Positions 1-11,656 of a DNA stretch of 64,000 bases are shown piece after piece. Made by a program: the position numbers and the translations under genes. Under the pieces are notes generated by a model. The model had not been told where the DNA came from. It worked only from the letters and a program-made list of their open reading frames with translations, and did no database searches. Position 1 is the first letter of the stretch, and every line of letters starts with the position of its first letter. This DNA comes from Macrostomum lignano (lineage: Eukaryota). Location: NCBI GenBank assembly GCA_002269645.1, contig NIVC01000245.1, positions 62,001 through 126,000 of the forward strand. Reading direction: 5' to 3'.

Positions 1-479
1 GACCCGGGTTCGTGTACTGACCCTGGCTGCGGTCCTCCACTGACACGCGTACGACGCGGTGTCCGTCGGGACTAGGCTGCTCGAGCGTACGACGCACGAC
101 AGCCTACAGACTCGCGTACGACGCAGAGCTGCTTGGGGTGGGACCGGCGTACGACGCAGTTAATCCCTCTAAGGTGCCTAGTACAGATGCAGACCCAAAT
201 GACGTGCAAATTGGAAGGCTTACCAGCCGCGATTTCGTCGTACAAGAAACAGCGCCGTCAGAGCAGTGGTGATCTCGATATTCTTTACTTATATATTTGT
301 CTAGCAATTCTGCGAGGAATAGCAATTCAGCAACCAACGCTGGCACAATCGCCGAGGAGCCACGAAGACAACGAGAATGGGGTCTCAAGGGGGCCGAATA
401 AATAGGCAGCAAACTGGGGGTCGAGGGCGCGGGATAAAGGCAGAAAAGGGGGCTTAGACATCAGCCAAGGCAACGCATG

Positions 480-720
480 AGCTGTACCAGCCAATCGCCG
501 GGGCGCAGCACGGCAGACTGGGACTGGCAGCCAATCACAAACAGGGGCGGGGCAGCAAAGCTAACAAAATAATGGGGCGGGGTCGCACAGGGGGGGGGTC
601 GCACGCAGAGCATGGGGGGTTGACTCAACAGAAAAGGTCTAGGCAGGGAGGGGAGGGGTACGCACGCGCAGAAGTGCAGGTGAGTGAGTCAGAAAATATC
701 TAAGGAGGGGGGAGGGGGAG
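480..720 (+). promoter_or_regulatory. Cluster of promoter-like motifs (2x CCAAT, 2x GGGGCGGGG, TGACTCA/TGAGTCA), possibly a retroelement promoter remnant
   Basis: Motifs read directly at ~490, ~530, ~545, ~574, ~621 and ~686. No associated gene was identified. Confidence 0.3.
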
Positions 721-843
721 AGGACGGCCCACTGGCCCGGTGCAGCAACTAAGCAAAGAGCACATTGTCATAACACATTCATGACAATTTAAACTTAAAG
801 AAGTAAAGTCAGCTGAGTGCCGCAAACTGTGCATAGATAAGGT

Positions 844-1212
844 GATGGCGCCCCTCTCAAATGAACTGGCGCCCTCTCAAATTCAGTTATGAATGAACTG
901 ATGGAGTCCCTCCTCCTAAATCAGATGGCACTCAATCAAATGAAATGGCGCCCAATTAATGAAATGGCGCCCAATCCAGTGAAATGGCGCCCCTCTTAAA
1001 ATGAAATGGCGCCCAAATAAATGAAATGGCGCCCAATCAAATGAAATGGCGCCCAATTAAATGAAATGGCGCCCAATCAAATGAAATGGCGCCCAATCAA
1101 ATGAAATGGCGCCCAATCAAATGAAATGGCGCCCAATTAAATGAAATGGCGCCCAATCAATGAAATGGCGCCCCTCTCAAATAAGATGGCGCCCAATCAA
1201 TGAAATGGCGCC
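844..1212. repeat. ~20-bp minisatellite (AAATGAAATGGCGCCCAATC)n
   Basis: Direct tandem copies, clearest at 938-1212. Confidence 0.9.
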
Positions 1213-1410
1213 GTCGTGTAATGAAAAAAATTCCTGCTGTTGATGGCGCGCAAGAATCTGGATTAGCCCGGAATCAGATATCAAATTGCTAATGCCCTCA
1301 GTGGAAGAGGGGCGCAGAGGGGTCGAGGCGGCATGTGTCTGTCTGTCTGTCTACATAATGCGGGCAAACCTGAAGGGTGAGGGGTGAGGGGGCAAAGTGG
1401 TCCCCCCGGT

Positions 1411-3183
1411 CACGGAGATTTTCCTCAATCGAGTCTGACAGGAGGATGACTGCTCAATTCCATATTCTCTTATATACATTGTAAGGCCCCCCCCCTACTC
1501 CTCCGTTGGGGCTGAGAGCAAAGTTTTGGAAGAAAACGAAACACGGAGAATTTCCAGTTCTCCCGCAATGTTTATTTCCCTCGCCGCTGCAGCATCCCCC
1601 CCGCTCCCCTCTCCAGCTCAACCCCTGGGAAGATACACCTGGAGTCTATCACTTTCTGATGGCTGGCAAACACTCTTCTGCGACAGGGACTCTAAGCCCC
1701 CCTCACCCCCTGCCCTCGCATCTCCCATGCAGTCACTCCACTCCATCGCAATGCTTTGCTTTTTCCCCATCGAATGCCTGAAAACTTCTTTGGTCTTCTC
1801 CTCTTGCGACACTATATTTCTCTTGAGAGCTTTGCAGGGACGAGAAGGCCTCTTCTTGCAGCTGCATAGCTTCATCTCTCCAGCCAGGTAGATCTGAAAC
1901 GAAAATCTGGATTGACAACTCCTTTAGTTTTTGTATCGTATTAATTTAAAAAAATCGGTTAGATGACAAGGGATGTTGGTTTTCTCAAGTTTTGACTCCA
2001 ATGGGATGGATCTCCACAGAGTTATAATTGGGTCAAGCAATTAAACAAAATCGTTTCTACATCGCTATCGCAACTTTTTTACGTCAATTTTATATTGTTA
2101 ATTAATTTTTTTATTAATGCTTATAATAAGATGTTGCTCTAATGAATCAAGTGTTTTAAAAGGTTCGAAAACTGATAAAACAGGAGTTATGAAACATGTA
2201 AATTTACTAACAATAAATCATGATCATATCTGCTGTCGGGCAGGGTTCCTGTACTCCAAACTCTAGTTGTTGGTCTCCCTGTCTCTCTCAGCCCCGCCGA
2301 TATTCCATCTTCCAAAACTTAATAGTTGGATCCTCCCAGCATCCTTAGTCTTCATCGCTTCTCAGTGAGTCTTCAAACGCGCCAATCCCTAAAAAAGCAA
2401 GGTAAGATTAGATTTTCCTCTCCCTGCCCTGTCCCTCTCCCTCGCTCTCTTCACCTCAGCGGCAGCAGCAGGTGAAGAGGAACCACACTGGGTTGGAAGG
2501 TCCAAAATTGGAAAATAATTCTTACTGAATAGTTAAAGACTTTTATATATTGTATATACATGCAGCCCTAACATGCGGAGCAGACCAACATTCTTCACCA
2601 CATCCAATCAATTGGCTGCCTGATTTTAGAGAGTTATAATTGCTATGAGCACACACACCGCACTGGGGGAGAGAAGACTGACTGGACCTACTGAGCATTG
2701 AGATTGAGACTTCGGATGCCCGTAATCCATATAGATTATACTATATAAGATGAGGTGCTGCTCAGAATGTTGTGTCAAGCCAGATCCTCCTGCTCAGAAT
2801 GTTGTGTCAAGCCAGATCCTCCAGGAGTTTGCTGAATTGCCAACCTTCTTCACTTCTTTCCCCTATTTTTCGGGCAAGTTGAAGCCAAGTTAAATCCCCC
2901 AGTCCCCAGGCGCGTCGCGCTACGTATTGACAGAGGAGGATTTGGCGCAAACAGCCAGGTGCAGATTAGACCACCGGGCGAGACAAACACACACACTTTC
3001 CCTCCTCGCGGCTCCTCCTGACCTCCAGCGGGCAGAACCAGCAGCTGCGCAGCAAATTGACTTCTTTGTCCGGAGTCCGTTGAAGCCTATAGGCGGATGC
3101 CAGAGGATAGAGACCAGCGTGGGAACTCCTAAACTCAGGTTTCTTCAATCAAGTCTCTATTATAAGTGAGGAAAATCTCCGTG
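1411..3183. mobile_element. Non-autonomous DNA transposon with CACGG...CCGTG termini (Chapaev/CMC-like)
   Basis: A 17-bp perfect inverted repeat: CACGGAGATTTTCCTCA (1411-1427) and TGAGGAAAATCTCCGTG (3167-3183). CAC...GTG termini are typical of CMC/Chapaev elements. No transposase ORF inside and no clean TSD. Confidence 0.55.
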
Positions 3184-4403
3184 TGTGTGTGTGTGTGCTC
3201 ATAGGCTGCTGGGGGAGACTCTCCTTGGGCAAGGCAGGTGTTTCGCAGTCTCAGATGAGTATTAGGGAATCTTGGCACCTCTGTTTTTATTGTTATAGAG
3301 TTTATTTCCCCTACCTACCAGTCTCCCGTTACCGTGAGAACTCGCGTCTGCTGCAGCAGCTTCATTACCTCGGCGCTGATTGCTTAAATAAAGAATATGG
3401 AGATGCAGGAAATTCTATTAATTTGCCAGCGGCCTCTAGCGGTTCTGTTTTTACACCGTTGATTCGGAATAAAATTGAGCCTTGCGCATGCAGCCGTGGA
3501 AAATGAGGAAATCTATTCTCTCTAGCCTCTCCAGATTATTGTTTTTATTTCCCATCTAGAATTGCCTCATTCACTGAGAGCTCTTTTTTTATCTGAATTG
3601 CGTTCTATCGAAACTGGAGTGAATTTCGCTCTTGATAAACTTTTTTATTGCTGATTTTCTTCAATATCAGTCAAGTAATTGATCGATTTAAATTCAAAAA
3701 GACGCAAATAGTAAAACAAAATACAATTATATGCGGCATGCAAGTATAACTTAGAGAATAAAATTTTCGTATATTAGATTTTTTAATGAATATTTGTAAA
3801 TTAACGCGAATGTAACTTCGACAATTGGTTGTACATGATAATTTATCATTCACTTTCTTGTTGGCAATTTAAATAACGCATATATACGAAATAAGATAGT
3901 CGCTAAGATTAACAATAAACAATTGCAAGCGATGTTTACAAAACCAGTGACAAACTCTGCAATATGCAACATACGATGCAAGCTTCAAACATCAGAAACC
4001 GAACTTATGCTATTTAGAAAAGAAACAATTAACAATATAAGCAGGAAAAAGCGAATTAGAAGCATTTCTTCTTGAGTCAATAGACTACAAATTTAATTTC
4101 TATACAAAAGAGATTGTTGACCTCCAAATTAGTTGAACATTGAATGGCGGTGTGCAATGCAGCAACGAGGTACAGGTATGTGTGCGTATGTGAACTGTTT
4201 ATCAAGGGCTAGATAGTATGTATCGCTGACACCATTTACCACCAGAAAGCAATTTTAAGCAAACAAGCTAATATATAGCACGACTCTGCTATATTGTTTT
4301 ACATGTTTTTACAATTAAATAATTATAGCACTTGTGCACAAATTTTCGATTGTCTCGCTAAGCGATTAAGAGTCGCAGAGATGCAATGTTACTCAATACT
4401 AGC

Positions 4404-7400
4404 TCAGCTCACCAGCTCAGCCTGAGGCGCAATCAACGGCTCGTCTTCTTCATCCTCGTCCTCGGCCAGCATCTCCTCGTCAACGTCCTCCTCTTCGGCG
4501 TCGTAGAAGTCCTCGTCCTCGTCCTCGTCGGTTCTGGGATCCTCCGACTCCGGGATGACATTGCCGAAGCGTTCGTGATTCCGGAGATGTCGCTCCAGGT
4601 TGGCCCGCTGACCGAATCGTCTGGAGCAGGTGGCGCACTCGAACGGTCGCTTCTTTTGGTGGATGTTCTTCAGGTGGCGCTGCATGTTGGAGCTGATGCT
4701 GAACGCGCGGTCGCAGATGGGGCACTGGTACGGCTGCTCGCCTGTGTGCGTTCGAATGTGACGCGACAGATTTGCTGCCCTGGGAAACGATTTGCCGCAG
4801 AATTCGCAGGTGTGCCGGCCACGACGGAGCTGACCGCCGAGGACGCCGTTGGCACCGCCGCCGTCGCTATGGTGTCGCTGGTGCTGATGATGCGGCTGCG
4901 GATGCTGCGGGTGCAGCAGCTGCGACGGCGGAGGATTCCGTTGCGGCGACGGTTCCGATTTGCCTCCGTCGCTGGGCTCGATGAAGCGCCGATTGACCAG
5001 ACTCCAGAACGCGGCCGGGTCCATCACTTTCGGCAGGGCCAAGATGCTGCTGTCGGCGGCTCCGCTGCAGCCGCCGCTGCTGCTGTTGCTGCTGTTGCTC
5101 GACTGCGGAGTTGGCGACAGCTTAGTTTGCTTTGCTGACGCGGCAGTGCGGGTTGTTGGCGAGGCCGACTTTAACTGACGCTTTCGCTTATGCCGTTGAA
5201 CCGTAGGCTGCTGATCCAGTTCACCGTCGCTGCGGGCTTCCATCTCTTTTGGCTCGTCTTTCGCCGAAGCAACTTCCGATCCGCGAAGCTCCAGTTGGTT
5301 CTCTTCGTCGTAGTCGTCATTGTCGACGTCGTCAATAACCTGCTGTCGTTCAATGCGTTTCGGCACGCTGAGGTCCAGTGGCAGACCGTCTACACGTTTG
5401 CGATCCTCTGTGACGTCATCCCCATTTTCGGTCGGCGACTTGAAAGCCTCCTCCCCCACAACCAGATCCGATGGCTCATCGACCAGCGCGGAGGTGGATT
5501 GAGCCGCCGGCGACATTGATTGCTCCATCGACGAGTGCTGATGCTCTTCTGGCAGCTCCCTGGAGAGCTGCTGTCGAACCTCCGGCGTTGTTGACGAATG
5601 AGACGATGGCGGTGGCGGTGGTAGCGGTGGTGGCGGCGGTGGGGTCAGTTTGGGCAGCTGGAACGGGCGCTGCCGTTGCTGGAGCTCCTGTTGCTGATGA
5701 GGCGAGCCACCAGCGGCTGCCGCGGCAGCAATCGACTGCAGAAACTTGCGCTGCAGATCGCGATAGAACTCCGGCAGTCCTGCTGGCCCGCCCGAGCGGT
5801 GGTGGTGTTGAGAGTTCGACAGCGACGGAGGCGGCGGTGGAAATGGCATCGGCCACGGCGGCCTCTGGTGCAGCGGCAGCTCCGTCGGCCACTCGGGCAG
5901 CATCGGCCGGTGATGGCTGCCAGGGAAGAACGGCGGTGGCGGCGGCGGTGGCAACATCGACGGCGGAGGTCCCGGCGGATGCAGCATCGGGTTGGTCAAC
6001 GGCGGTGGCGGCAGCAGAGCGGAATTCGCCGACCTGTGCATCTGGTGCAGCGGGTGGTGATGATGCTGCCGGTTCCCGTTGGCATGCTGCTGTCCCGACG
6101 CGGCCTTGCTGGGACTCGGTCGCCGATGCTCCGAGCGTCTCTCGTTGGAAGCGCCGCCGCCACTGCCGCCTGAGCTGTGGCAAGTCCTCCGGTGCTTGTC
6201 CAGCGAGTGCGCCGTGGAGAAGAGCTGGTCACAGCCTGGACAGCTGACTTTCTGACGGCAGGACGGCTGCATCCGCTTGTGCCGGCACAGGTTGGAGAAC
6301 TGGGTGTAGCTTTTCTTGCAAACGTCGCATTGGAACGGCTTGTGCGTGCCGTGGATGTGCATGTGCTGCTTGAGGCCGCTGCTAGTGCCGAAGCCTTTGT
6401 CGCAGATCGGGCAGGCGTGAGGACGCGACTCGCTTCGTCCGACGCTGCCGCCTCCGCTGCCGACGCCGCTGCCTACGAGACCTCCAGCTGGATGGAAACC
6501 GGCCGACTCCAGCATGTGTTGATGACTTTCGTTGACATCCTGGTCAAGATCGGGGTCTCCAAGCAGCTCGTCGGAGCAGTAGTTCAACCGGCAGCCAATC
6601 AGCAGGTCGTCCTCTTCGTCGTCTTCTGGACCTTCGAACTCTTCGCCATCTGGGCCGACTTCTTCCGGTTCGGCGTCCAGGTCGGCTTCGGGGAAATCGG
6701 CGAGCTCTTCTCCGGACGGATCCGGCTGGGCCTGCTGGCGGAGCTGCTGCTGCTGCTGCTGCTCCTGATCGGCTGGCGTGCTGAAATTTTGAAAAGATTG
6801 AGTTTTTGTTTTAACGGCCATCAGATCGCCATCAAACGAAGCTGAAAATTTCCATCAGGGAAGCTAAAATGTCCACCAGGGAAGCTACAATGTCCACCAG
6901 GGAAGCTACAATGTCCACCAGGGAAGCTACAATGTCCACCAGGGAAGCTACAATGTCCATCATGGAAGCTACAATTGTCCATCATGGAAGCTACAACTGT
7001 CCATCATGGAAGCTACAATTGTCCATCATGGAAGCTACAATTGTCCATCATGGAAGCTAAAATTGTCCATCATGGAAGCTACAACTGTCCATCATGGAAG
7101 CTACAATTGTCCATCATGGAAGCTACAATTGTCCATCATGGAAGCTACAATTGTCCATCATGGAAGCTACAACTGTCCATCATGGAAGCTAAAATTGTCC
7201 ATCATGGAAGCTACAACTGTCCATCATGGAAGCTACAATTGTCCATCATGGAAGCTACAATTGTCCATCATGGAAGCTACAATTGTCCATCATGGAAGCT
7301 ACAACTGTCCATCATGGAAGCTACAATTGTCCATCATGGAAGCTACAATTGTCCACCAGGGAACGGAAGCTACAATTGTCCCCCAGGGAAGCTACAATTG

Positions 7401-9648
7401 TCCACCAGGGAAGCTACAATTGTCCACCAGGGAAGCTACAATTGTCCACCAGGGAAGCTACAATTGTCCACCAGGGAAGCTACAATTGTCCATCATGGAA
7501 GCTACAACTGTCCATCATGGAAGCTACAATTGTCCATCATGGAAGCTACAATTGTCCATCATGGAAGCTACAACTGTCCATCATGGAAGCTACAATTGTC
7601 CATCATGGAAGCTACAATTGTCCACCAGGGAACGGAAGCTACAATTGTCCCCCAGGGAAGCTACAATTGTCCACCAGGGAAGCTACAATTGTCCACCAGG
7701 GAAGCTACAATTGTCCACCAGGGAAGCTACAATTGTCCACCAGGGAAGCTACAATTGTCCATCATGGAAGCTACAACTGTCCATCATGGAAGCTACAATT
7801 GTCCATCATGGAAGCTACAACTGTCCATCATGGAAGCTACAATTGTCCATCATGGAAGCTACAACTGTCCATCATGGAAGCTACAATTGTCCATCATGGA
7901 AGCTACAATTGTCCATCATGGAAGCTACAATTGTCCACCAGGGAAGCTACAATTGTCCACCAGGGAAGCTACAATTGTCCATCATGGAAGCTACAACTGT
8001 CCATCATGGAAGCTACAATTGTCCATCATGGAAGCTACAACTGTCCATCATGGAAGCTACAATTGTCCATCATGGAAGCTACAATTGTCCATCATGGAAG
8101 CTACAATTGTCCACCAGGGAACGGAAGCTACAATTGTCCCCCAGGGAAGCTACAATTGTCCACCAGGGAAGCTACAATTGTCCACCAGGGAAGCTACAAT
8201 TGTCCACCAGGGAAGCTACAATTGTCCACCAGGGAAGCTACAATTGTCCACCAGGGAAGCTACAATTGTCCACCAGGGAAGCTACAATTGTCCACCAGGG
8301 AAGCTACAATTGTCCACCAGGGAAGCTACAATTGTCCACCAGGGAAGCTACAATGTCCACCAGGGAAGCTACAATGTCCATTCATCAAATGATATGTAAA
8401 CAAAAACTGGCATTCGTCATGCTCTCTCACCTTCCAGAACTCTCTTCCACACTATCGTTAGCCATCCCTGATGTACTATTGAGTAAAGCAGGCACTCTAT
8501 GAGACGCTGCCGGCACCTGCTGCTGCTGCTGCTGCTGCATCAGAGCCTTGGCGACGCTCTCCGAATTGCAGCGCATCAAAGTTTTCCTCTTCTCGGCAAT
8601 ATCGGCGTTTGGATTTCGACAAACCGACGTCTCGTGTCGACGCAACGAGCTGATGGTCTTGAACTGGTTGCCGCACTCGGTGCAAGTGAAATTGTTACCG
8701 ACTCCTGAATCAATTCATTAGGATAGAAGGCAGTTAGTATCAGATATCTTCATGCTAAATCTTCATAAAATGAATATAGAGCATTTATTTCACCATGTTA
8801 TATACCACTAGAGCAGTACCTCGTGCTATTTAGAACTTCAGTTCGCCTAATGGCATCTATGCAGAGCATTGCGAAGCGGTTATGCAATTTTGAGTATAGG
8901 CACGTTGTTCTTCAAGAGTTTGACCCTAAATATTGCTGACCTGAACTGTACATTTGCTCGCTGTCTGTTAGAATAAACTGTTTGTCCAGAAGGAAATGGA
9001 TGACAGTATGATGTACATCGAATAAGAGTAGGAAGAGATTAGCTATAGCGATTTCGTGACCTGACTAACAAGCCTTTATTAAATACATCATTTTGCTGTG
9101 ATTTTTTGGCGTCAGTGAACAGCGTATCTCACCTTCGATTCCTGCACCTCCGGCCAGATTTCCGCCAACTGCACCGCCGCTTCCTCCGGCTTTGGTGGCG
9201 GCCGAAGCTGCGGCGGCGGCTGCGGCAGCTGCGTGGTGCAGCCCCGCCAGCATCTGCTGCAGCGACGCTGGCGACGACCCTGGCGGCGGCGGTGGTGGTG
9301 GCGGCGGCGGTGGTGGCGCCAGAAATCGAGCCGACGATGTCGGTGGTCTGGACGACGGAGGGGTAGCGGCGGCGGCGGCGGCGGCCGCATCCCAGGCGGC
9401 AGCAGGTGGCTCAACGAGCTGAACAAGCCGGGAGGAAACGGAGCCACCGGCGAGCTTCCACTTGACATCGGCGGCAGCAGCGGTGGCAGTGAGGGCGGCT
9501 GATACTGCTGATGCATCGTCAGCGCCGCTGAGCCGCCTCTTCCACCAGCTGACGCCGCGGCTGCGTAGAGCTGCTCGAGGATCATCAGGTGCTGCTGCGG
9601 TTCGCCTCGCTTTTGAAATGCCGCCGCTGCTGTGGTCTGCACGGAAAG
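4404..9648 (-). CDS. MECOM: MECOM/EVI1-PRDM16 (EGL-43/Hamlet) family C2H2 zinc-finger transcription factor; exons 9648-9133, 8704-8431 and 6780-4404; further 5' exon(s) not located
   Basis: The large exon encodes [23 protein letters not shown] / [22 protein letters not shown] / [23 protein letters not shown] (EVI1 ZF5-7-like), PSDLV and PLDLS CtBP-type motifs, [29 protein letters not shown]...[15 protein letters not shown] (EVI1 ZF8-10-like) and an acidic tail. Exon 8704-8431 encodes a C2HC finger [28 protein letters not shown] sites are phase-compatible (GAA G|GTGAGA at 9133; TTCAG|GA at 8704; GGA AG|GTGAGA at 8431; TTTCAG|C at 6780). MECOM versus PRDM16 cannot be distinguished in an invertebrate. 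Confidence 0.9.
6857..8380. repeat. 22-bp minisatellite (CCATCATGGAAGCTACAATTGT / CCACCAGGGAAGCTACAATTGT)n in a MECOM-like intron
   Basis: Tandem units in two main variants with higher-order blocks (marker GAACGG at 7361, 7630, 8119). Source of the 474/498/388-aa pseudo-ORFs. Confidence 0.95.
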
Positions 9649-10932
9649 CTGCATAAAATCAAATGCGAAACAGATTAGGGAATGACTAATCATATCTATA
9701 AGCCGTTTGGAATATTAACAGGTGTGTTTGAGCTACCCGATAGATTGGATTTGTGTCATCGGGCAGTCAGCTAGTCTGTCAGCCCCCCCCATAGGCGCAA
9801 TTTAATTAAGCTACAAAAAATCAGAGCAGTTATAGGTCTTATAAGATATGTATTGGAACTGCTTGGGGAGGCTCCATCGGATTCTGCAGGCTCAAACACC
9901 ATGGATAATGCATGCTTCCACGATAACGCTGATTCGAAGGCCGAACACAAACACACCATGCAGCTCAGCCTTCGAGTATAAGCTCAGTAACCCCAAGTTG
10001 AGTAGCTAGTCTTGTCTAAATAGTTATAAGCGATAAGAGATTTAGTTGAAGGAAGAACACACATCCCAGGAAGCTGATTAACTACATAGCCAGCATCATT
10101 GTTAATTGATTAATATTGAGACACATGAAACGGGTCGAGGGCTTTATAATACAGTGATTTCTATCAAAAACTGAAAGATTCATTGGCTCACCTCATCGGG
10201 AAACAGGCTGCTAGCCATTGAGAGTTTCCTGCGCGAATCCGTTGTTGCAGTATCTGTCAGAGAGGTGTGAGATTGCAAAAGTTGCTATTGCGAGATGTGC
10301 ACGAATTACTGGGAACAGTCTGCGTTCCAGTTTAGGCGGTAATAAATAATAATTCACAAACCGGGAAAATATTGGGAGAAATTTGAGCTTCAGAGACTGC
10401 ATGCTGCAAGACCCATGCGCGCATGCTGCAGTTGGACATCATGCTGGAAAAGGGGAGAACACAAACGGAAACTGCAGGGATGAAGTAAGAAAGCAGGAAC
10501 TGAGAGAGCGGGCATGGACTCCCATGCAGACACCGCTTTTGTGGACAATGCCACCCCAGTCACAGCACAGGCTGCGCGAGAATTAGTAATGGGATGCCGC
10601 TCGCAGAGGACCAAGGATGCTTCATCATCAGAAATCTGAGCCTTTTCCACCCAAGAATTTCTGTGTGTACATCGAATTGGTGTTTATAATATGTATAATA
10701 GTAAACAGACAGGCTGTCTGTCTGCATAGTATCGGTGTACGAGTGAATCCATCTGAGGAAGTGCTGGAAGTCTATGAAAAGGGACAAAAACTTTTGCTGG
10801 GATAGTTGACCATATTCGATGTGATGTGATACCTTAATACTAATGCCATCTTTGCTTTTCCAAATTGATTTAGAGAGGACAGGAAGTTACATTTAATGTT
10901 CCTCGGGTGTGTTTCAGCTTATGCATTAATAT

Positions 10933-11656
10933 CAGAGGCGCCAGCACCAGAGGCGCCAGCACCAGAGGCGCCAGCACCAGAGGCGCCAGCACCAGAGGCG
11001 CCAGCACCAGAGGCGCCAGCACCAGAGGCGCCAGCACCAGAGGCGCCAGCACCAGAGGCGCCAGCACCAGAGGCGCCAGCACCAGAGGCGCCAGCACCAG
11101 AGGCGCCAGCACCAGAGGCGCCAGCACCAGAGGCGCCAGCACCAGAGGCGCCAGCACCAGAGGCGCCAGCACCAGAGGCGCCAGCACCAGAGGCGCCAGC
11201 ACCAGAGGCGCCAGCACCAGAGGCGCCAGCACCAGAGGCGCCAGCACCAGAGGCGCCAGCACCAGAGGCGCCAGCACCAGAGGCGCCAGCACCAGAGGCG
11301 CCAGCACCAGAGGCGCCAGCACCAGAGGCGCCAGCACCAGAGGCGCCAGCACCAGAGGCGCCAGCACCAGAGGCGCCAGCACCAGAGGCGCCAGCACCAG
11401 AGGCGCCAGCACCAGAGGCGCCAGCACCAGAGGCGCCAGCACCAGAGGCGCCAGCACCAGAGGCGCCAGCACCAGAGGCGCCAGCACCAGAGGCGCCAGC
11501 ACCAGAGGCGCCAGCACCAGAGGCGCCAGCACCAGAGGCGCCAGCACCAGAGGCGCCAGCACCAGAGGCGCCAGCACCAGAGGCGCCAGCACCAGAGGCG
11601 CCAGCACCAGAGGCGCCAGCACCAGAGGCGCCAGCACCAGAGGCGCCAGCACCAGA
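10933..11656. repeat. Perfect 15-bp array (CAGAGGCGCCAGCAC)n, about 48 copies
   Basis: Every full 60-bp sequence line through the array is identical. Confidence 0.98.

Noticed and set aside
4386-6845. Plus-strand ORFs of 250, 258 and 222 aa over the zinc-finger exon
   Set aside because: Antisense shadow frames of a GC-rich coding exon; no domain content.
6869-8502. ORFs of 474, 498 and 388 aa ([15 protein letters not shown] repeats)
   Set aside because: Translations of a 22-bp minisatellite inside an intron of the minus-strand MECOM-like gene; open in several frames because the unit lacks stops.
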